From IMG/VR virus record IMGVR_UViG_3300045988_098925: a stretch of DNA of 16,336 nt; one strand, 5' to 3'. The position numbers were made by a program, and so were the translations under genes. The notes under the pieces are model-generated. The model ran no database searches. It saw only the letters and a program-made list of their open reading frames with translations, and had not been told where the DNA came from. Every line of letters begins with the position of its first letter. The stretch's first letter is position 1. Below are positions 15,653 to 16,336 of this stretch, piece by piece. The DNA is from a virus.

Positions 15653-15905
15653 TTACATAATTTCTAACGTTTTTTTATTGATTCTAATATATCCATCTGG
15701 AAGTGCCACTTCATAATATTCTAAACACTCTCTGCACGAGTATGTTTTAGTATACAACCCCTTAAGCAATGCATACTCTGTTCCATTTCCTTAGTCAAAA
15801 TACAATCCTAATACATATCCTGTTACACTAAAACCGGGATTCGTTCTTTTAAAATACTCTATATCCCCTTTTGATAATGCATTTTTTTCTAAACGTTGCA
15901 AACAT
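15653..15905 (-). pseudogene. Decayed first early ORF with an in-frame TAA and a frame break at a homopolymer
   Basis: An 82-codon protein-like frame (15901 to 15653) has an in-frame TAA at 15793-15791 and no ATG start. The only well-placed ATG (15905, GGAGG 8 nt upstream) is in the neighbouring frame. It would join the long frame if the A7 run (plus-strand T7 at 15882-15888) were one base shorter. Confidence 0.4.
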
Positions 15906-15963
15906 GTTTCTTTCCTCCATTTTCTATTTTTTTGTATTATTGGGTTTCCTTGTTTCTGATATT

Positions 15964-15992
15964 ACAATACCACTTTTCTAGAAATATGTCAA
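15964..15992 (-). promoter_or_regulatory. Strong early promoter (TTGACA-17 nt-TGgTATTGT) just inside the right ITR
   Basis: On the minus strand the -35 TTGACA is at 15992-15987, followed by a 17-nt spacer and an extended -10 TGGTATTGT ending at 15964. It is the first signal inside the ITR boundary (16036) and faces the early genes. Confidence 0.6.
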
Positions 15993-16019
15993 TACTTTTT
16001 CTAGAAAAATTTCTAGAAA
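15975..16019. promoter_or_regulatory. Three TTTCTAGAAA palindromes (candidate operators) over and upstream of the early promoter
   Basis: Perfect 10-bp palindromes lie at 15975-15984 (inside the promoter spacer) and 16010-16019. A 14-bp version, TTTTTCTAGAAAAA, lies at 15996-16009. Centre-to-centre spacings are 23 and 12 bp. Confidence 0.6.
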
Positions 16020-16035
16020 AATTATGACATTTAAT

Positions 16036-16336
16036 ATTACACACATAATGTCGACCGTCCGTGTCCGCCGTACGCGAACACTTTACCGGACTAAAGTGAG
16101 TCCCCGTTTCCGAAGTGTCCGCGACCCGCGGACAAACTGGCGGTTTCCGTCCGTTTTCGGGTGAAATGAGTTAATAAAACGGAAAAATTGTGTGTGAATC
16201 GGGAGGAAAACGTGAATAATTGTTGAATTGTGTAGACAATTAGACGGGACTAACACTTTAGTCGGATGAAGCGCTTTTGTCAAGTTGGAAAAATGCATAA
16301 AAATTTCGGGCATATGTGTTGTAATAAGTATTAAAA
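16036..16336. repeat. Right inverted terminal repeat (301 bp), genome terminus
   Basis: Exact reverse complement of 1-301 and ends at the last base of the window. Confidence 0.95.

Noticed and set aside
15791-15793. Stop-codon reassignment as the explanation for the in-frame TAA
   Set aside because: TAA terminates the capsid, scaffold, holin, tail knob and appendage genes at sensible positions. TAG terminates the ATPase, the polymerase and the TP candidate. TGA terminates the endolysin and the 96-aa ORF. The standard bacterial code fits the whole genome.
15975-16019. Possible CRISPR array or other repeat array, from the TTTCTAGAAA repeats here and the 36-bp tandem repeat at 11565-11636
   Set aside because: The palindromes are only 10-14 bp long with 1-11 bp between them. 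The 36-bp units are directly adjacent, have no spacers and lie in frame within a CDS. Neither arrangement fits CRISPR repeat-spacer organisation.
1-16336. Reading the terminal inverted repeats as the ends of a transposon or insertion element
   Set aside because: There is no transposase or integrase ORF, and the repeats coincide exactly with the window ends. The cargo is a full virion, lysis and protein-primed replication gene set, so the repeats are replication termini.

Overview
The window appears to be a complete 16,336-bp linear genome of a small phi29-like podophage that replicates by protein priming. Positions 1-301 are the exact reverse complement of 16036-16336, so the inverted terminal repeats (ITRs) start and end at the window edges. 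All convincing genes lie on the minus strand, and most have strong AGGAGGTG-type Shine-Dalgarno sites, which suggests a Gram-positive (Bacillota) host. Reading right to left, the genome starts with a right-end early promoter overlaid by three TTTCTAGAAA palindromes. A decayed first ORF and three small unknown genes follow. Next come a basic 192-aa candidate terminal protein and a family-B protein-primed DNA polymerase. After these is a second promoter, an 89-aa protein with a duplicated 12-aa tail, a candidate OB-fold SSB and a strong terminator. A 311-bp noncoding junction (10716-11026) separates this early block from the late block. The late block starts with a gp16-like packaging ATPase. 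It is followed by a third consensus promoter that runs directly into a roughly 70-nt structured RNA element. The remaining late genes are an unknown 96-aa protein, a BhlA-like holin, an Amidase_5-like/SH3b endolysin and a gp13-like tail lysin. They are followed by scaffold, major capsid, gp9-like tail knob, gp10-like portal and lower collar. The last late gene is a tail appendage with a C-terminal SGNH esterase. Protein family calls rest on motif recognition and remembered phi29 sequences and were not checked by database search. The most interesting unexplained signals are noncoding: the ITR architecture, the operator array, phased repeats upstream of the ATPase, a hairpin switch over the ATPase start, and the promoter-plus-structured-RNA element upstream of the lysis/structural operon.
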